From Flavobacteriales bacterium (GTDB lineage: Bacteria > Bacteroidota > Bacteroidia > Flavobacteriales_F > PHOS-HE28): a stretch of DNA of 64,000 bases. The DNA lies in NCBI GenBank assembly GCA_019638085.1, contig JAHBUL010000014.1, positions 4,472-68,471 of the forward strand, given 5' to 3'. The position numbers were made by a program, and so were the translations under genes. This document shows, piece by piece, positions 17,955 through 28,540 of this stretch; the first letter of the stretch is position 1, and each line of letters begins with the position of its first letter. The notes beneath the pieces are model-generated. The model made no database searches and was not told where the DNA came from. It was given only the letters and a program-made list of their open reading frames with translations.

Positions 17955-19550
17955 TCAGTCGACGTTATCGTGCAGGAACGGATTGTTCCGGCGCAGTTCC
18001 ACTTGGCGCTCACCCATTTCGTTGCTGCCTTCGCTGAGGGTGTATCGGCTCACGTTGCTATCGGTACTATGTGGTGTTTCACTCAGCAGCACATTGCGAC
18101 GCTTGTAGGCTGGCTCCCGTTCCATTTCAGCCAATCCGTTGGGGGTCCGCAGGCGCATGTTCACCTCACGCATATGGGCCAAACGATCCTCTGCGCGGGC
18201 CTGATGTTCTGCTGGTGAGAGATGGGCATGGGTCGGCTCATGGCCAGCGCTCCCATGAGCTACCGGTGGTTGGTGTTCATTGTCATGACCTTGCGGATGA
18301 CCTTCATTCAGGTCATGTACCACCTTCTGCTCTTCCTCGGGTTCCGGGCTGGGTTCCACGCGGGAACGTTCCATCTGGACCGGCTCCTCGAACTGAAGCC
18401 GGGACTGCTCTTTCACCGGTGCTTCCACCTGCTTGATATAGGGTTCCACACTAGGGGCTTCAGGTGCTTTTGCCGAAGGCACCGACATCTGCACCGGATT
18501 GGTGATCGGCGAGGTGATCATGGTCGGCAATTCGCTGTTCAGATCGGTCACCTTTTTCTCGGGCACGCGCTGCTCCAAGGTGGAGGTGAGCTCGTTCTGG
18601 CTGAAGCCCGTGGCGATGACGGTAACGCGGATCTTCTCTCCCAAAGCCTCATCGGTGCAATAGCCCCAGATCACATCGGCGGTGCTGCCAGCGGCATCCT
18701 GTATGTGGTCGGTGATCTCGGTCATCTCGTCCATGGAGATGGTCTTGGTACCGAGCCCTACATTGAGCAACACATACTTGGCACCTTTGATATCGTTGTC
18801 GTTGAGCAAAGGTGAAGCAAGTGCATCCTCAGCGGCACGAATGGCACGATCCTCTCCCTCGGCCTCGGCCATGCCCAGGATGGCCACGCCGCTGCCGGTC
18901 ATAACAGTGCGCACGTCCTCGAAATCCACGTTCACGGTTCCGGTCTTGGTGATGATCTCGGCAATGCCACGTGCAGCAGTGGTAAGCACGTTGTCGGCAT
19001 GGGCGAAGGCCTCGCTGATGTCGAGGTTACCGTAAAGGTCGCGCAGGCGATCGTTGTTGATCACCAGCAAGGTATCCACAGCTTGGCGCATCTCTTCAAT
19101 GCCTTCGGCGGCCTGGTTCTTCCGCTTGCGACCCTCCCATTGGAAAGGCATGGTGACAATACCCACGGTGAGGATGCCCATGTCCCGAGCGATACGCGCG
19201 ATCACGGGTGCGGCACCGGTTCCGGTGCCACCGCCCATGCCAGCGGTAACAAAGAGCATCTTGGTGCGGCTGCTGAGGAGTTCACGGATCTCCTCGATGC
19301 TTTCCTGCGCGGCAGCGTTACCACGTTCTGGGATGCTGCCTGCACCCAAGCCTTCGGTAAGGGCTGCACCAAGCTGAAGCTTCACCGGGATCGGGCTCAT
19401 ATCGAGTGCTTGCTTGTCGGTATTGCAAATGATGAAATCAACACCCACGATGCCTTGGGTGTGCATATGGTTCACGGCATTGCTACCGCCTCCACCCACA
19501 CCGATCACTTTGATGATGGAGGAGAGTTCGGTGGGAAGGTCGAATTTCAT
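17955..19550 (-). CDS. ftsZ: Cell division protein FtsZ with a long C-terminal linker
   Basis: GVGGGGSNAV, the T7 loop and the NTDKQAL motif. A ~200-aa C-terminal low-complexity linker ends in NNPFLHDNVD. Confidence 0.95.
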   Translation of the reverse strand: MKFDLPTELSSIIKVIGVGGGGSNAVNHMHTQGIVGVDFIICNTDKQALDMSPIPVKLQLGAALTEGLGAGSIPERGNAAAQESIEEIRELLSSRTKMLFVTAGMGGGTGTGAAPVIARIARDMGILTVGIVTMPFQWEGRKRKNQAAEGIEEMRQAVDTLLVINNDRLRDLYGNLDISEAFAHADNVLTTAARGIAEIITKTGTVNVDFEDVRTVMTGSGVAILGMAEAEGEDRAIRAAEDALASPLLNDNDIKGAKYVLLNVGLGTKTISMDEMTEITDHIQDAAGSTADVIWGYCTDEALGEKIRVTVIATGFSQNELTSTLEQRVPEKKVTDLNSELPTMITSPITNPVQMSVPSAKAPEAPSVEPYIKQVEAPVKEQSRLQFEEPVQMERSRVEPSPEPEEEQKVVHDLNEGHPQGHDNEHQPPVAHGSAGHEPTHAHLSPAEHQARAEDRLAHMREVNMRLRTPNGLAEMEREPAYKRRNVLLSETPHSTDSNVSRYTLSEGSNEMGERQVELRRNNPFLHDNVD

Positions 19551-19601
19551 GGGATCAGGGTTTTCAGGGGTTCAGGGTTCAATGGGTCAAAGGGTCGCGG
19601 G

Positions 19602-20894
19602 TCAGGCTTCGTCGTCGCGGAAAATGTCGGATGCACCTTTCAGCACTTGGTCGAAAAAGTTCCCGACCTTGAACTTGTGGCTGTGGCTCTTCACCTTAGG
19701 TGGGGCTTCCTCATGTTTGGTCTTGCGCCGTTCGATGTACTCGAATCCACGCAGTACGAGTCCCACACCGGTGGCGAACAGGGGGCTGGTCACATCATCC
19801 ACCTTGCTGGTGGCGAGGTGCTCGTTGGGATATCCGATGCGCGTGCTCATGCCTGTGACATACTCGGTGAGCTGACGCAGGTGCTTCAATTGCGCACCAC
19901 CGCCGGTGAGGACGATGCCGCCACTGAGCTGCTTCTCCAAGCCACTGTTCTTGATCTCGAAGTAGACATGGTCGAGGATCTCCTCCATCCGGCTCTGGAT
20001 GATGTTGGCCAAGTTCTTCAGGCTGATCTCCTTGGGATCACGACCACGGAGCCCAGGGATGCAGACCACCTCGTTCTCCTTGTTCTCCGAGGCAAGTGCG
20101 CTACCAAAGCGGCTCTTCAACAGCTCGGCCTGATCGCGAAGGATGGCGCAACCCATCTTGATGTCGTCGGTGATCACATTGCCGCCGAAGGGGATCACGG
20201 CCGTATGGCGAATGATGTGATCACTGAAGATGGCAATGTCGGTGGTTCCTCCACCGATATCCACCAGCACCACGCCCGCCTCCTTCTCTTCGGCGCTGAG
20301 CACGGCATCCGCGCTGGCGAGGGGTTCGAGGATCAACTCGGTAACATCGAGGTTGGCGCGTGCCACGCACTTGTTGATGTTGCGCGCGGCGGTGACCTGC
20401 CCCGTGATGATGTGGAAGTTGGCTTCCAGTCGCACGCCGCTCATGCCGATGGGATCCTTTATTCCCTGCTCGCTATCCACGATGTATTCCTGTGGCAGCA
20501 CGTGGATGATCTCCTCGCCCGGCACCATGGCCAGCTTGTACATATCGTCGATCAGCTGATCGATGTCGAGCTGTCGGATCTCCTCCTCGAGGCTTTGGCG
20601 GGTGATCATGCCTCGGTGATGCATGCTCCGGATATGCTGCCCGGCGATGCCCACGTTCACGGTAGTGATCTCCACTCCAGCACTGTTCTCCGCTTCCTCA
20701 ACGGCGGCTCGAATGCTCTCCACGGTGCGCTGGATATTGGTGACCACGCCACGGTTCACACCGTCGCTGCGGCTCTTCCCCATACCCATGATCTCGAGCT
20801 TTCCTTGCTCATTCCGTCGGCCTACGATGCAGGCGATCTTGGTGGTGCCTATGTCCAGGCCTGCGACTATTTCCTCGTTGTGCTCCATGTTCAT
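19602..20894 (-). CDS. ftsA: Cell division protein FtsA
   Basis: Actin-fold motifs (VAGLDIGTTKIACIVG; DIGGGTTDIAIF). Start is at ATG 20894 (MNMEHNEEIV), 40 nt after the ftsQ stop. Confidence 0.9.
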   Translation of the reverse strand: MNMEHNEEIVAGLDIGTTKIACIVGRRNEQGKLEIMGMGKSRSDGVNRGVVTNIQRTVESIRAAVEEAENSAGVEITTVNVGIAGQHIRSMHHRGMITRQSLEEEIRQLDIDQLIDDMYKLAMVPGEEIIHVLPQEYIVDSEQGIKDPIGMSGVRLEANFHIITGQVTAARNINKCVARANLDVTELILEPLASADAVLSAEEKEAGVVLVDIGGGTTDIAIFSDHIIRHTAVIPFGGNVITDDIKMGCAILRDQAELLKSRFGSALASENKENEVVCIPGLRGRDPKEISLKNLANIIQSRMEEILDHVYFEIKNSGLEKQLSGGIVLTGGGAQLKHLRQLTEYVTGMSTRIGYPNEHLATSKVDDVTSPLFATGVGLVLRGFEYIERRKTKHEEAPPKVKSHSHKFKVGNFFDQVLKGASDIFRDDEA

Positions 20895-20934
20895 TTTCTC
20901 GTTCGGGGGGGGCGGTGGTGCCGGGGTTTCCGGC

Positions 20935-21741
20935 TCAGTAATGGGTTCGTTTGGTGCAGACCACTTGATCGTCAAAGCGCAGGTCGATGGTGCTGTAGCG
21001 GCGCCAGTCGGTCTGCGGTATGCCTTCGGCGAAGAACATGCGCAGCTTGGTCAAGCGCTGCTGAAAATGGGTGCCGTCGCCGATGCGCACTCGCATCATG
21101 CCCACGGTGGGTATCAGCGTGATATCGCCATTGGCATCCACAACCGCTTGGCAGAACAAGGCGTTCCAGAGCGGGTCGGCGATGATGGTTTGTGCGAGGG
21201 CGTGGATGGCACGGCTGTGCGTATGAAGGGCCAGGCTGTCATTGCCGAAGGCCACGTTCACAGGGGCGCGTTCGGCGAAGGGTTCAGCGAGTTGTCCGGT
21301 GACCACCATCACGCGTGCCGTGTAATTCCGGTTCAGCGGCATGGTCCAGCCTTCCTTGTCGATGTAGAAGCCTGAGCCGTCGGCGTTCACTACGCGGACG
21401 ATCGGCTCGCGTTGGCGGACCTTCACTTTCAGGATGCCATCCATGGTGTGGTACACATCGGCCTCCGCCACACATGGGATGGCTCGCAGGCGCTGCTCGA
21501 TGCCGGTCTCATCCACCTTGTTGATGGGTGTACCGATCACGGGGCCGGCTCCTTTGATCACTTCCTGTTTGAGCGCTTCGGAGTCGATGAAGTGCATGCC
21601 GCTGGACATGTCCATTTCCACCTCAATATCCCTTACGGGGAGGCTGCCTCCACTGCGCTCCACGAAGCCCAGCGCGGCGAGCACGGCACATCCGGCAACG
21701 ACCTTCGCCGCGATCCGTAGGATATGCTTCGTTCTGTTCAT
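20935..21741 (-). CDS. ftsQ: Cell division protein FtsQ (TM + POTRA)
   Basis: Single N-terminal TM followed by a POTRA-like domain. Its position between murC and ftsA and the 4-nt overlap with murC support the call. Confidence 0.75.
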   Translation of the reverse strand: MNRTKHILRIAAKVVAGCAVLAALGFVERSGGSLPVRDIEVEMDMSSGMHFIDSEALKQEVIKGAGPVIGTPINKVDETGIEQRLRAIPCVAEADVYHTMDGILKVKVRQREPIVRVVNADGSGFYIDKEGWTMPLNRNYTARVMVVTGQLAEPFAERAPVNVAFGNDSLALHTHSRAIHALAQTIIADPLWNALFCQAVVDANGDITLIPTVGMMRVRIGDGTHFQQRLTKLRMFFAEGIPQTDWRRYSTIDLRFDDQVVCTKRTHY

Positions 21742-23117
21742 TCTTGTCGATTCACCATTGCCGCGATGGCCGGGACCAGCCTATCGATGTCACCTGCGCC
21801 AAGGGTCAGCAAGATGTCCACATTCCGCCCCTCCAACAGCGGTATCAATCGCTCCTTTGTACACACCTCGGTGTTAGTGAGCTGTACCTGTTCACCCAGC
21901 CATTGCGAGGTAATACCGGGCAGCGGTTCCTCCCGGGCGGGGTATATCTCGAGGAGAATAAGCTCGTCCACTTTGGCCAGGCTACGCGCAAAATCGGCTG
22001 CCAGGTCCCGCGTGCGGCTGTAGAGGTGTGGCTGAAATACCGCAGTGATGGTACGGCCGGGATAGAGCTCACGCACGCTGCCGATGCAGGCATCCAACTC
22101 GGTGGGGTGGTGTGCGTAATCATCAATGAGGACGCTCTTTTCCGTTCGTGCCCGCACCTCAAAACGCCTGCGTACTCCGAGGAATGTGGCCAACCCTTTC
22201 CGCAGGGCGTGCGGTTCCACGCCTGCATGCAAGGCCATGGAGGCGGCGGCCACGGCGTTCTCCACATTGTGCCTTCCCGGCATACCCAAAGTGAGGTCGC
22301 GCAGCACTTGCCCACCCGCCACCAGGTCGAAATGGTACGCACCATCGCGTACGACAACATGCTCCGCGTGTGGCCCATCCACTGCATCGAGCCCATAGGG
22401 GATCGCATCGCGGAGCACCGTGGCATGCTCCTTCAGGCGTTCCAGAACACGTTCGTGAACCAACATCCGACCTTTTACCAACGCGGCAAACTCCGCATAG
22501 GCCTGGTACATCGCCTCGGCCGTACCATAGATGTCCAAGTGGTCCGGGTCCATGGCGGTGATGATCGCCTCATCCGGGTGAAGGGCGAGAAAGCTTCGAT
22601 CATACTCATCAGCTTCCACCACGTTCAGCACGGCCTTGGAGTTCAGTAGAACGTTGGTATCGTAGTTGGCACTGATACCGCCAAGGAATGCGTTGCATGG
22701 AATTCCTCCGGAAGTGAGCAAGTGGGCGAGCATGGTGCTCACCGTGGTCTTTCCGTGCGTACCGGCCACGGCCATGGTCCGTCGGTCACGGGTCACCAAG
22801 CCCAGTACCTCGCTGCGCTTTTTGATGACCGCTCCTCGTTCCTTCCAGAAAGCGATCAACGGATTGGTCATCGGCACGGCAGGTGTTCGCACCACCATTA
22901 TACGCGTAGCATCCGCCTCGCGGAATTCCTGGGGAATATTCCGTGGGTCCGTACTATAGCTCACATCGATCCCCTCATGCGCCAGTTGCGCAGCGATCTC
23001 ATTCGGGGTCTTATCGTACCCGGCCACTGTGGCACCTTGGCGCCGGAAATACCGCGCGAGGCCGCTCATGCCGATGCCGCCGATGCCAATGAAGTAGAGC
23101 AATTCCGGGCGTTCCAT
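21738..23117 (-). CDS. murC: UDP-N-acetylmuramate--L-alanine ligase
   Basis: IGIGGIGMSGLA, the Mur ligase P-loop GTHGKTT and the central and C-terminal Mur ligase domains. Confidence 0.9.
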   Translation of the reverse strand: MERPELLYFIGIGGIGMSGLARYFRRQGATVAGYDKTPNEIAAQLAHEGIDVSYSTDPRNIPQEFREADATRIMVVRTPAVPMTNPLIAFWKERGAVIKKRSEVLGLVTRDRRTMAVAGTHGKTTVSTMLAHLLTSGGIPCNAFLGGISANYDTNVLLNSKAVLNVVEADEYDRSFLALHPDEAIITAMDPDHLDIYGTAEAMYQAYAEFAALVKGRMLVHERVLERLKEHATVLRDAIPYGLDAVDGPHAEHVVVRDGAYHFDLVAGGQVLRDLTLGMPGRHNVENAVAAASMALHAGVEPHALRKGLATFLGVRRRFEVRARTEKSVLIDDYAHHPTELDACIGSVRELYPGRTITAVFQPHLYSRTRDLAADFARSLAKVDELILLEIYPAREEPLPGITSQWLGEQVQLTNTEVCTKERLIPLLEGRNVDILLTLGAGDIDRLVPAIAAMVNRQE

Positions 23118-23118
23118 T

Positions 23119-24255
23119 TCAAGCTGCCGTTTTGATCGTTGTTGCTGAAGGCAAGGCCAAGCGGATCACTTCCGCCGCGATGGCCTCTGCCGCGTTGCTC
23201 ATCCCGAGGTCTTCCATGGCCAAGCGCAATCGGTCGCGCTCGCCGGGATCGGCGACCAAGCGCAGGATCTCTGATCCGAGTTTCTCATTGGCTTCGGCAT
23301 CCTTCACCAGGATCGCTGCTCCCCGATCGGAAAGTGCGCGCGCATTGCCCGTCTGGTGATCTTCTGCTGCGGTGGGAAGTGGTACCAGGATGCTGGGCAA
23401 GCGGGTGAGGCAGAGTTCGCTCACGCTGATGGCACCTGCCCGGGCCACCACCACATCGGCCACTGCATAGGCCAGATCCATGCGGGTGATGAACTCGTGG
23501 ACATGTGCATCGGCAAAGCCGGCATTGCTCACAGCCTCCACGGCTTGCGCGTGAAAGGGTGTACCGGTCTGCCAGATCAGTTGCACACCTTGGTCCCGCA
23601 GTTGGGGCAAGGCGGCAGCGATGCCGTGGTTGATGCCGCGCGCACCCAAACTTCCGCCGGTCACCAACACTACCGGAGCACCTTCCCGGAGTTGGAAATG
23701 CTCCATGCCCCGTGGACGTTTTCCGGTCAGGCGGACCATGTCCTGCCGGACCGGGTTGCCGGTAAGGCGGATCTTTTCCGCTGGGAAATAGCGGTCCATA
23801 CCCGGGTATGCGACACAGATGATATTGGCCCGCTTCGCCAGCATGCGGTTGGTGGCACCGGCATGGCTGTTCTGTTCCTGTATGAGCGTGGGTACCTTGG
23901 CGCGTTGGGCCGCGGCCAGCACAGGTCCGCTGGCGTAGCCGCCCACGCCCACGGCCACATGCGGCTGAAAGGTGCGTACAATGCGGCGCGCCTTCCACAT
24001 GCTCTGGATCACGCGCCAAGGCAAGCCTACGTTCTTCCACAATGCCTTGCGCTGGAAGCCGCGGATGGGGAGTCCCGTGATCTCGTATCCGGCGGCAGGC
24101 ACCTTCTCCATCTCCATCTTCCCTTCGGCACCCACGAAGAGGAAGCGCGTATCGGGCGCCTTGTCCTTCACGGCGTTCGCAATGGCGATGGCCGGGAAGA
24201 TGTGCCCTCCCGTACCTCCTCCGCTGATCAACACCTTAAGCGGCTGCTGCGGCAT
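23119..24255 (-). CDS. murG: UDP-GlcNAc:lipid I N-acetylglucosaminyltransferase MurG
   Basis: KVLISGGGTGGHIFPA. The ORF-track start at 24315 is a GTG, so the ATG at 24255 (MPQQPLKVLISGGG) was chosen. It overlaps the ftsW stop by 20 nt. Confidence 0.9.
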   Translation of the reverse strand: MPQQPLKVLISGGGTGGHIFPAIAIANAVKDKAPDTRFLFVGAEGKMEMEKVPAAGYEITGLPIRGFQRKALWKNVGLPWRVIQSMWKARRIVRTFQPHVAVGVGGYASGPVLAAAQRAKVPTLIQEQNSHAGATNRMLAKRANIICVAYPGMDRYFPAEKIRLTGNPVRQDMVRLTGKRPRGMEHFQLREGAPVVLVTGGSLGARGINHGIAAALPQLRDQGVQLIWQTGTPFHAQAVEAVSNAGFADAHVHEFITRMDLAYAVADVVVARAGAISVSELCLTRLPSILVPLPTAAEDHQTGNARALSDRGAAILVKDAEANEKLGSEILRLVADPGERDRLRLAMEDLGMSNAAEAIAAEVIRLALPSATTIKTAA

Positions 24256-25438
24256 GATCACGGGTTTTCGTGGTACGGTTGGCAGCCTGCTCCCCGGCAG
24301 GTTGGTCATATACACTGCGGCTAACGCTGAGGATGATCCCGAGGGAAAGGCAGGTGAACCACATGCTTGTTCCGCCCATGCTCACCAAGGGCAGCGGCTG
24401 TCCGGTCACGGGCACCAGGTTCACCCCCACGGCCATGTTCACCAAAGCTTGTAGTACCAGGCTTAGCGCCAAGCCCACCGCTACGAGCGCACCGAATGGT
24501 TTTTCGCACCTGTTGGCAATACGCATGGCGCGCGAGAGCAGGATAAGGTAGAGCAACAACACCCCCATGCCGCCAATGATCGACCCATACTCTTCGATGA
24601 TGAAAGCATAGATCATATCGCTTTCGGGGTGTGGCATGAAGTTCCGCGAGGTACCCGTACCGGGACCGTTCGGCAGGAATCCGCCATGCACGATGGCGAT
24701 CTTGGCATTGTTCACTTGGTAGTTGGAGTCACGGTCGTCACCACCGTGGTTCACCAATCGGGATTGCCAGGTTTCCAAGCGGGGAAGGAGCTCCGGATTG
24801 GCCTTGGAGACCACGAGCAACAGGCCGAATACGGCCGCAGCGATGCCTCCAACGGATAGCATGTGGCGGATCGGTACCTGGCCGATGAACATCAGGATCA
24901 TGCAGGTACCGAAGAGGAGAGCGGCCGTGGAGAAGTTCGCTGGCAGGATGAATCCGCATACTGCTCCCACAGGAAGGATCAGTTTGAGGACCACTTCACG
25001 GAAGGTCCATTGCTCTTCGCGATGCCGGCCCAGCACGCGAGCCAAGTACACCATGATCACCACGCGGGCAAGGTCACTGGTCTGGAAGGTGATGCCAACC
25101 CCGGGAATGGCCAGCCAGCGCGATGCCCCGTTCACATTTGCTCCAACCAGCAGGGTAAGCAACAGCAGCCCGATGGTTGCGCCGAGCAGTATTTGCGAAA
25201 GTCTGGAATAGACGGTGTACTTGAGCTTGCTGGCGGCATACATGATGCCCCCACCGGCAATGAGCATCATACCATGTTTCACAAGGATGCGGAAGGTGCC
25301 GCCATCGTGCCGCCAACCCATCCACGAAGAGGCGCTATAGACCGCCAACAGGCTGGTCACGCCCAATAGCAGCGCCACCATCCAGATGGTGCGGTCGCCT
25401 TTGAGGTGATCATTGAAGAGGTTGTTCATCCGGTCCAT
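24236..25438 (-). CDS. ftsW: Lipid II flippase/peptidoglycan polymerase FtsW (SEDS family)
   Basis: A 400-aa polytopic SEDS protein sitting in the ftsW slot of the dcw cluster. Confidence 0.9.
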   Translation of the reverse strand: MDRMNNLFNDHLKGDRTIWMVALLLGVTSLLAVYSASSWMGWRHDGGTFRILVKHGMMLIAGGGIMYAASKLKYTVYSRLSQILLGATIGLLLLTLLVGANVNGASRWLAIPGVGITFQTSDLARVVIMVYLARVLGRHREEQWTFREVVLKLILPVGAVCGFILPANFSTAALLFGTCMILMFIGQVPIRHMLSVGGIAAAVFGLLLVVSKANPELLPRLETWQSRLVNHGGDDRDSNYQVNNAKIAIVHGGFLPNGPGTGTSRNFMPHPESDMIYAFIIEEYGSIIGGMGVLLLYLILLSRAMRIANRCEKPFGALVAVGLALSLVLQALVNMAVGVNLVPVTGQPLPLVSMGGTSMWFTCLSLGIILSVSRSVYDQPAGEQAANRTTKTRDHAAAAA

Positions 25439-25449
25439 CTATTTGATGA

Positions 25450-25965
25450 TCAGAGATCCGTTACGGCCCTTTTGAATTCAGCGGCACGTTCCTCGTGGTT
25501 GGCCGTGCCATTGCCGCTAGGGCAGGCCGGGCTGAAGAGCACCTTGCCACCGGGTACCGCTAATTCACGCGCGGCGAACACGGCGGTCCGCAGGTCATCC
25601 GTGTTATATACATGGCCCAGTTCGGCATTCAGGGCATCCACTTGGGCATCATCAGCCTTGCCGAAGAACACCAAGCCGTCCACATGCTCCTTCATGAAAT
25701 CCATCATCCGCTGGTCCAAGGCATCCACCATGGAAGCATCCGCCACCCACACCAGTGGCATACCCAGATCGATGATGGACAGCAACGTGGCATCCAGGAA
25801 AGTGCTCCGGCTATCATCCACATAATCCACACCGGCCACGGTGGCCACGGTGCGCAGGCTGTGCGGACCTTGGCGCAATTCGCCCAGTCCGTTGCCGCGC
25901 ATGGCGATCAGCAGTCGTGCCAATTCAGATGTTCCCGTGCTTTTCATCCTGGACTCAACGATCAA
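25450..25965 (-). CDS. Orphan MurD C-terminal-domain paralog (171 aa), translationally coupled to murD
   Basis: HSLRTVATVAGVDYVDDSRSTF aligns with murD's own [52 protein letters not shown] aligns with [31 protein letters not shown]. It contains only the C-terminal Mur-ligase domain, and the ATGA start/stop overlaps murD. Confidence 0.6.
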   Translation of the reverse strand: MIVESRMKSTGTSELARLLIAMRGNGLGELRQGPHSLRTVATVAGVDYVDDSRSTFLDATLLSIIDLGMPLVWVADASMVDALDQRMMDFMKEHVDGLVFFGKADDAQVDALNAELGHVYNTDDLRTAVFAARELAVPGGKVLFSPACPSGNGTANHEERAAEFKRAVTDL

Positions 25966-27296
25966 AGGGCCCGCACTGCAGATTTGAATTTGCGTCCGCG
26001 GTCCTCATAATTCTCGAAAAGATCGAAGCTGGCGCAGGCCGGGCTCAAAAGCACCACATCGCCGGGTTCACTCAATTCATAGCCGGTGTTCACCGCTTGT
26101 TCCGCGGAGGTTACGTCCACCATGTTCAGCACGATATCGCCGAAGGCCTTGTGGATCTTCTCATTGTCGGTACCGAGGCAGATGATCGCCTTCACCTTTT
26201 GGCGCACCAGGTCCCGCAGCTCGGAATAATCATTCCCCTTATCCACGCCACCCATCACCCAGATCACGGGCTTCTCCATGCTCTCCAAGGCGAACCATGT
26301 ACTGTTGATGTTGGTGGCTTTCGAGTCGTTGATGAACTCCACGCCGTTCACCAGACCCACGCGTTCCAAGCGGTGCTCCACGTTCTGGAAGTCACCGAAC
26401 GATTCGCGGACCACGTCCTTCCGCACTTCCAGCACCCGTGCCGCAATACCGGCGGCCAGTGAATTATAGACGTTGTGCTTGCCTTGTAGGGCGAGTTCCA
26501 GAATGCTCATGTCGAAGGTTGTTTGGTTGATGGTGATGTGGATGTTCTCGTTCTGTAGGTATCCGCCTTGCTCGATGGGCACGCGGATGGAAAAGGGCCA
26601 CTGCTGGGCCTTGATGGTGTGCCGTCTCAGTCCTTCGCGGGTCTGCGGATCGTCGGCACAGTAGATGAAATGATCTTCCTTCCCCTGGTTCATGGTGATG
26701 CGGAACTTGCTGTCCACGTAGTTCTCCATGCGGTTCTCGTACCGATCCAAGTGGTCGGGGGTGATGTTGGTAAGCACCGCGATGTGCGGCTTGAGCGTCC
26801 GTGTGCCATCGAGCTGGAAACTGCTGAGCTCGAGCACATAGATGTCGTGGCGTTCCTTGGCCACTTCCGCAGCGAAAGAGGTGCCCACATTCCCCGCCAG
26901 GCCCACGTTCATTCCGGCCTTTTTCAGGATATGGTGCAAGAGCAGCGTGGTGGTGGTCTTCCCGTTGCTGCCCGTGATGCCGATGATGGGTGCCTTCACA
27001 TGGCGCGCGGCGAACTCCACCTCGCCGATCATGGGCACGCCCTTGTCCCTGATAGCACGCACGATGGAGGCCGTGGTCGGTATTCCGGGGCTCTTCACCA
27101 CTTCGTCAGCATCCAGCACCTTGCTCACCGTATGCCCACCTTGCTCATAGGAGATCCCGGCTTGATCCAACCGTGCGCTGAACGCAGCAGGGATCAGGCC
27201 TGCATCGCTCACAAAAACAGGGATACCCAGCTTCGTGGCAAGCAGTGCAGCTCCTACTCCGCTCTCTTGTGCTCCAAGGACCACCAGCTTCTTCAT
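25962..27296 (-). CDS. murD: UDP-N-acetylmuramoylalanine--D-glutamate ligase
   Basis: A full-length 444-aa protein with [12 protein letters not shown] and a C-terminal SPACASFD motif. Confidence 0.9.
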   Translation of the reverse strand: MKKLVVLGAQESGVGAALLATKLGIPVFVSDAGLIPAAFSARLDQAGISYEQGGHTVSKVLDADEVVKSPGIPTTASIVRAIRDKGVPMIGEVEFAARHVKAPIIGITGSNGKTTTTLLLHHILKKAGMNVGLAGNVGTSFAAEVAKERHDIYVLELSSFQLDGTRTLKPHIAVLTNITPDHLDRYENRMENYVDSKFRITMNQGKEDHFIYCADDPQTREGLRRHTIKAQQWPFSIRVPIEQGGYLQNENIHITINQTTFDMSILELALQGKHNVYNSLAAGIAARVLEVRKDVVRESFGDFQNVEHRLERVGLVNGVEFINDSKATNINSTWFALESMEKPVIWVMGGVDKGNDYSELRDLVRQKVKAIICLGTDNEKIHKAFGDIVLNMVDVTSAEQAVNTGYELSEPGDVVLLSPACASFDLFENYEDRGRKFKSAVRAL

Positions 27297-28540
27297 CGCA
27301 GCTTGAGGGTTACGAGGGTGGTCACGGCGAGCATCACGCCCACGATGAGGAAGCGGGTCACGATCTTGCTTTCGTGGTAGCCGAGCTTCTGGTAGTGGTG
27401 ATGCAAGGGTGCCATCAGGAAGATCCGTCGGCCTTCACCATAGCGTTTACGCGTGTATTTGAACCATGAGACCTGCATCATCACGCTCAGGTTCTCCACC
27501 ACGAATACGCCACAGAGCACAGGGATCAGCAGCTCCTTGCGGACCAGGATCGCCAGCACGGCGATGACGCCGCCCAACATCAAGCTGCCGGTGTCACCCA
27601 TGAAGACCTGGGCCGGATAAGCATTGTACCAGAGGAAGCCGATGCAAGCCCCGAGCAAGGCCCCGATGAACACCACCAGTTCGCCGATGCCGGGGATATA
27701 CATCACATCGAGATACTGGGCGAAAACGATGTTACCGCCGATGTAGGTGAGCACCCCCAAGGCCAGCACGATGATCGCACTGGTGCCTGCGGCCAGTCCA
27801 TCGATGCCGTCGGTAATATTGGCCCCGTTGCTTACCGCAGTGATGATGAAGACCACCACCAGCACGTACAGTATCCACGTGTATTTGCGCGCCTCCCGCC
27901 CGAAGAGACCCATCACCGAGGAATAGTTCAGTTCATTCCCTTTCACGAATGGAATGGTGGTGTTCGGTTGGCGGCGATCGAGGAGGTAACGCACGTTCCC
28001 GTTCTCCTCGGTGAACGTGGTGACCTCCTCCGGCTCGAATTGGTCCGCGATCACTTGCGGTACTTCCACCTTGGTGCGGATGGAGGGGTGGAAATACACC
28101 GTAAGACCGATCACCAGGCCGATGCCCACTTGCCCGAAGACCTTGAAGATGCCGGCCAGACCACGCTTATCCTTTTTGAATACCTTGATGTAGTCGTCCA
28201 CGAAACCGATGGTGCCCAACCAGATGGTGGCCAACAGCATCAACAGGATGTAGATGTTGTCCAAGCGGGCGAAAAGCAATGTGGGGATGACGGTGGCGGC
28301 AATGATGATGAGACCGCCCATGGTGGGTGTGCCCTGCTTTTCCGTTTGGCCTTCCAGTCCGAGGTCACGGACGGTCTCCCCTACCTGCATGCGCTGCAGT
28401 AGGCGCACGATGCCCTTGCCGAACCACAGCGAGATCACCAACGAGATGATCAATGCCATGCCCGCGCGGAAGCTGATGTAATCGAACACACCGCTTCCGG
28501 GGAAATCCAATCCGAGCCCTTTGACCAAGTGGTACAGCAT
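27293..28540 (-). CDS. mraY: Phospho-N-acetylmuramoyl-pentapeptide transferase
   Basis: A polytopic MraY with the conserved DD..D and HHH motifs ([10 protein letters not shown]). Confidence 0.95.
   Translation of the reverse strand: MLYHLVKGLGLDFPGSGVFDYISFRAGMALIISLVISLWFGKGIVRLLQRMQVGETVRDLGLEGQTEKQGTPTMGGLIIIAATVIPTLLFARLDNIYILLMLLATIWLGTIGFVDDYIKVFKKDKRGLAGIFKVFGQVGIGLVIGLTVYFHPSIRTKVEVPQVIADQFEPEEVTTFTEENGNVRYLLDRRQPNTTIPFVKGNELNYSSVMGLFGREARKYTWILYVLVVVFIITAVSNGANITDGIDGLAAGTSAIIVLALGVLTYIGGNIVFAQYLDVMYIPGIGELVVFIGALLGACIGFLWYNAYPAQVFMGDTGSLMLGGVIAVLAILVRKELLIPVLCGVFVVENLSVMMQVSWFKYTRKRYGEGRRIFLMAPLHHHYQKLGYHESKIVTRFLIVGVMLAVTTLVTLKLR

Noticed and set aside
18999-21122. 707-aa plus-strand ORF spanning ftsA and ftsQ on the opposite strand
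   Set aside because: Entirely antisense to two strongly supported dcw genes. The His/Gly/Asp-rich low-complexity product has no recognisable domain.
24256-24315. ORF-track starts rendered as M that are actually GTG/TTG (murG at 24315, WbpA-like at 53714, phosphatase at 56217)
   Set aside because: Internal ATGs (24255, 53738, 56220) give N-termini that match family consensus and remove large overlaps with the upstream gene.
21744-24324. Plus-strand ORFs 21744-22649 and 23356-24324 over murC and murG
   Set aside because: Antisense shadows.
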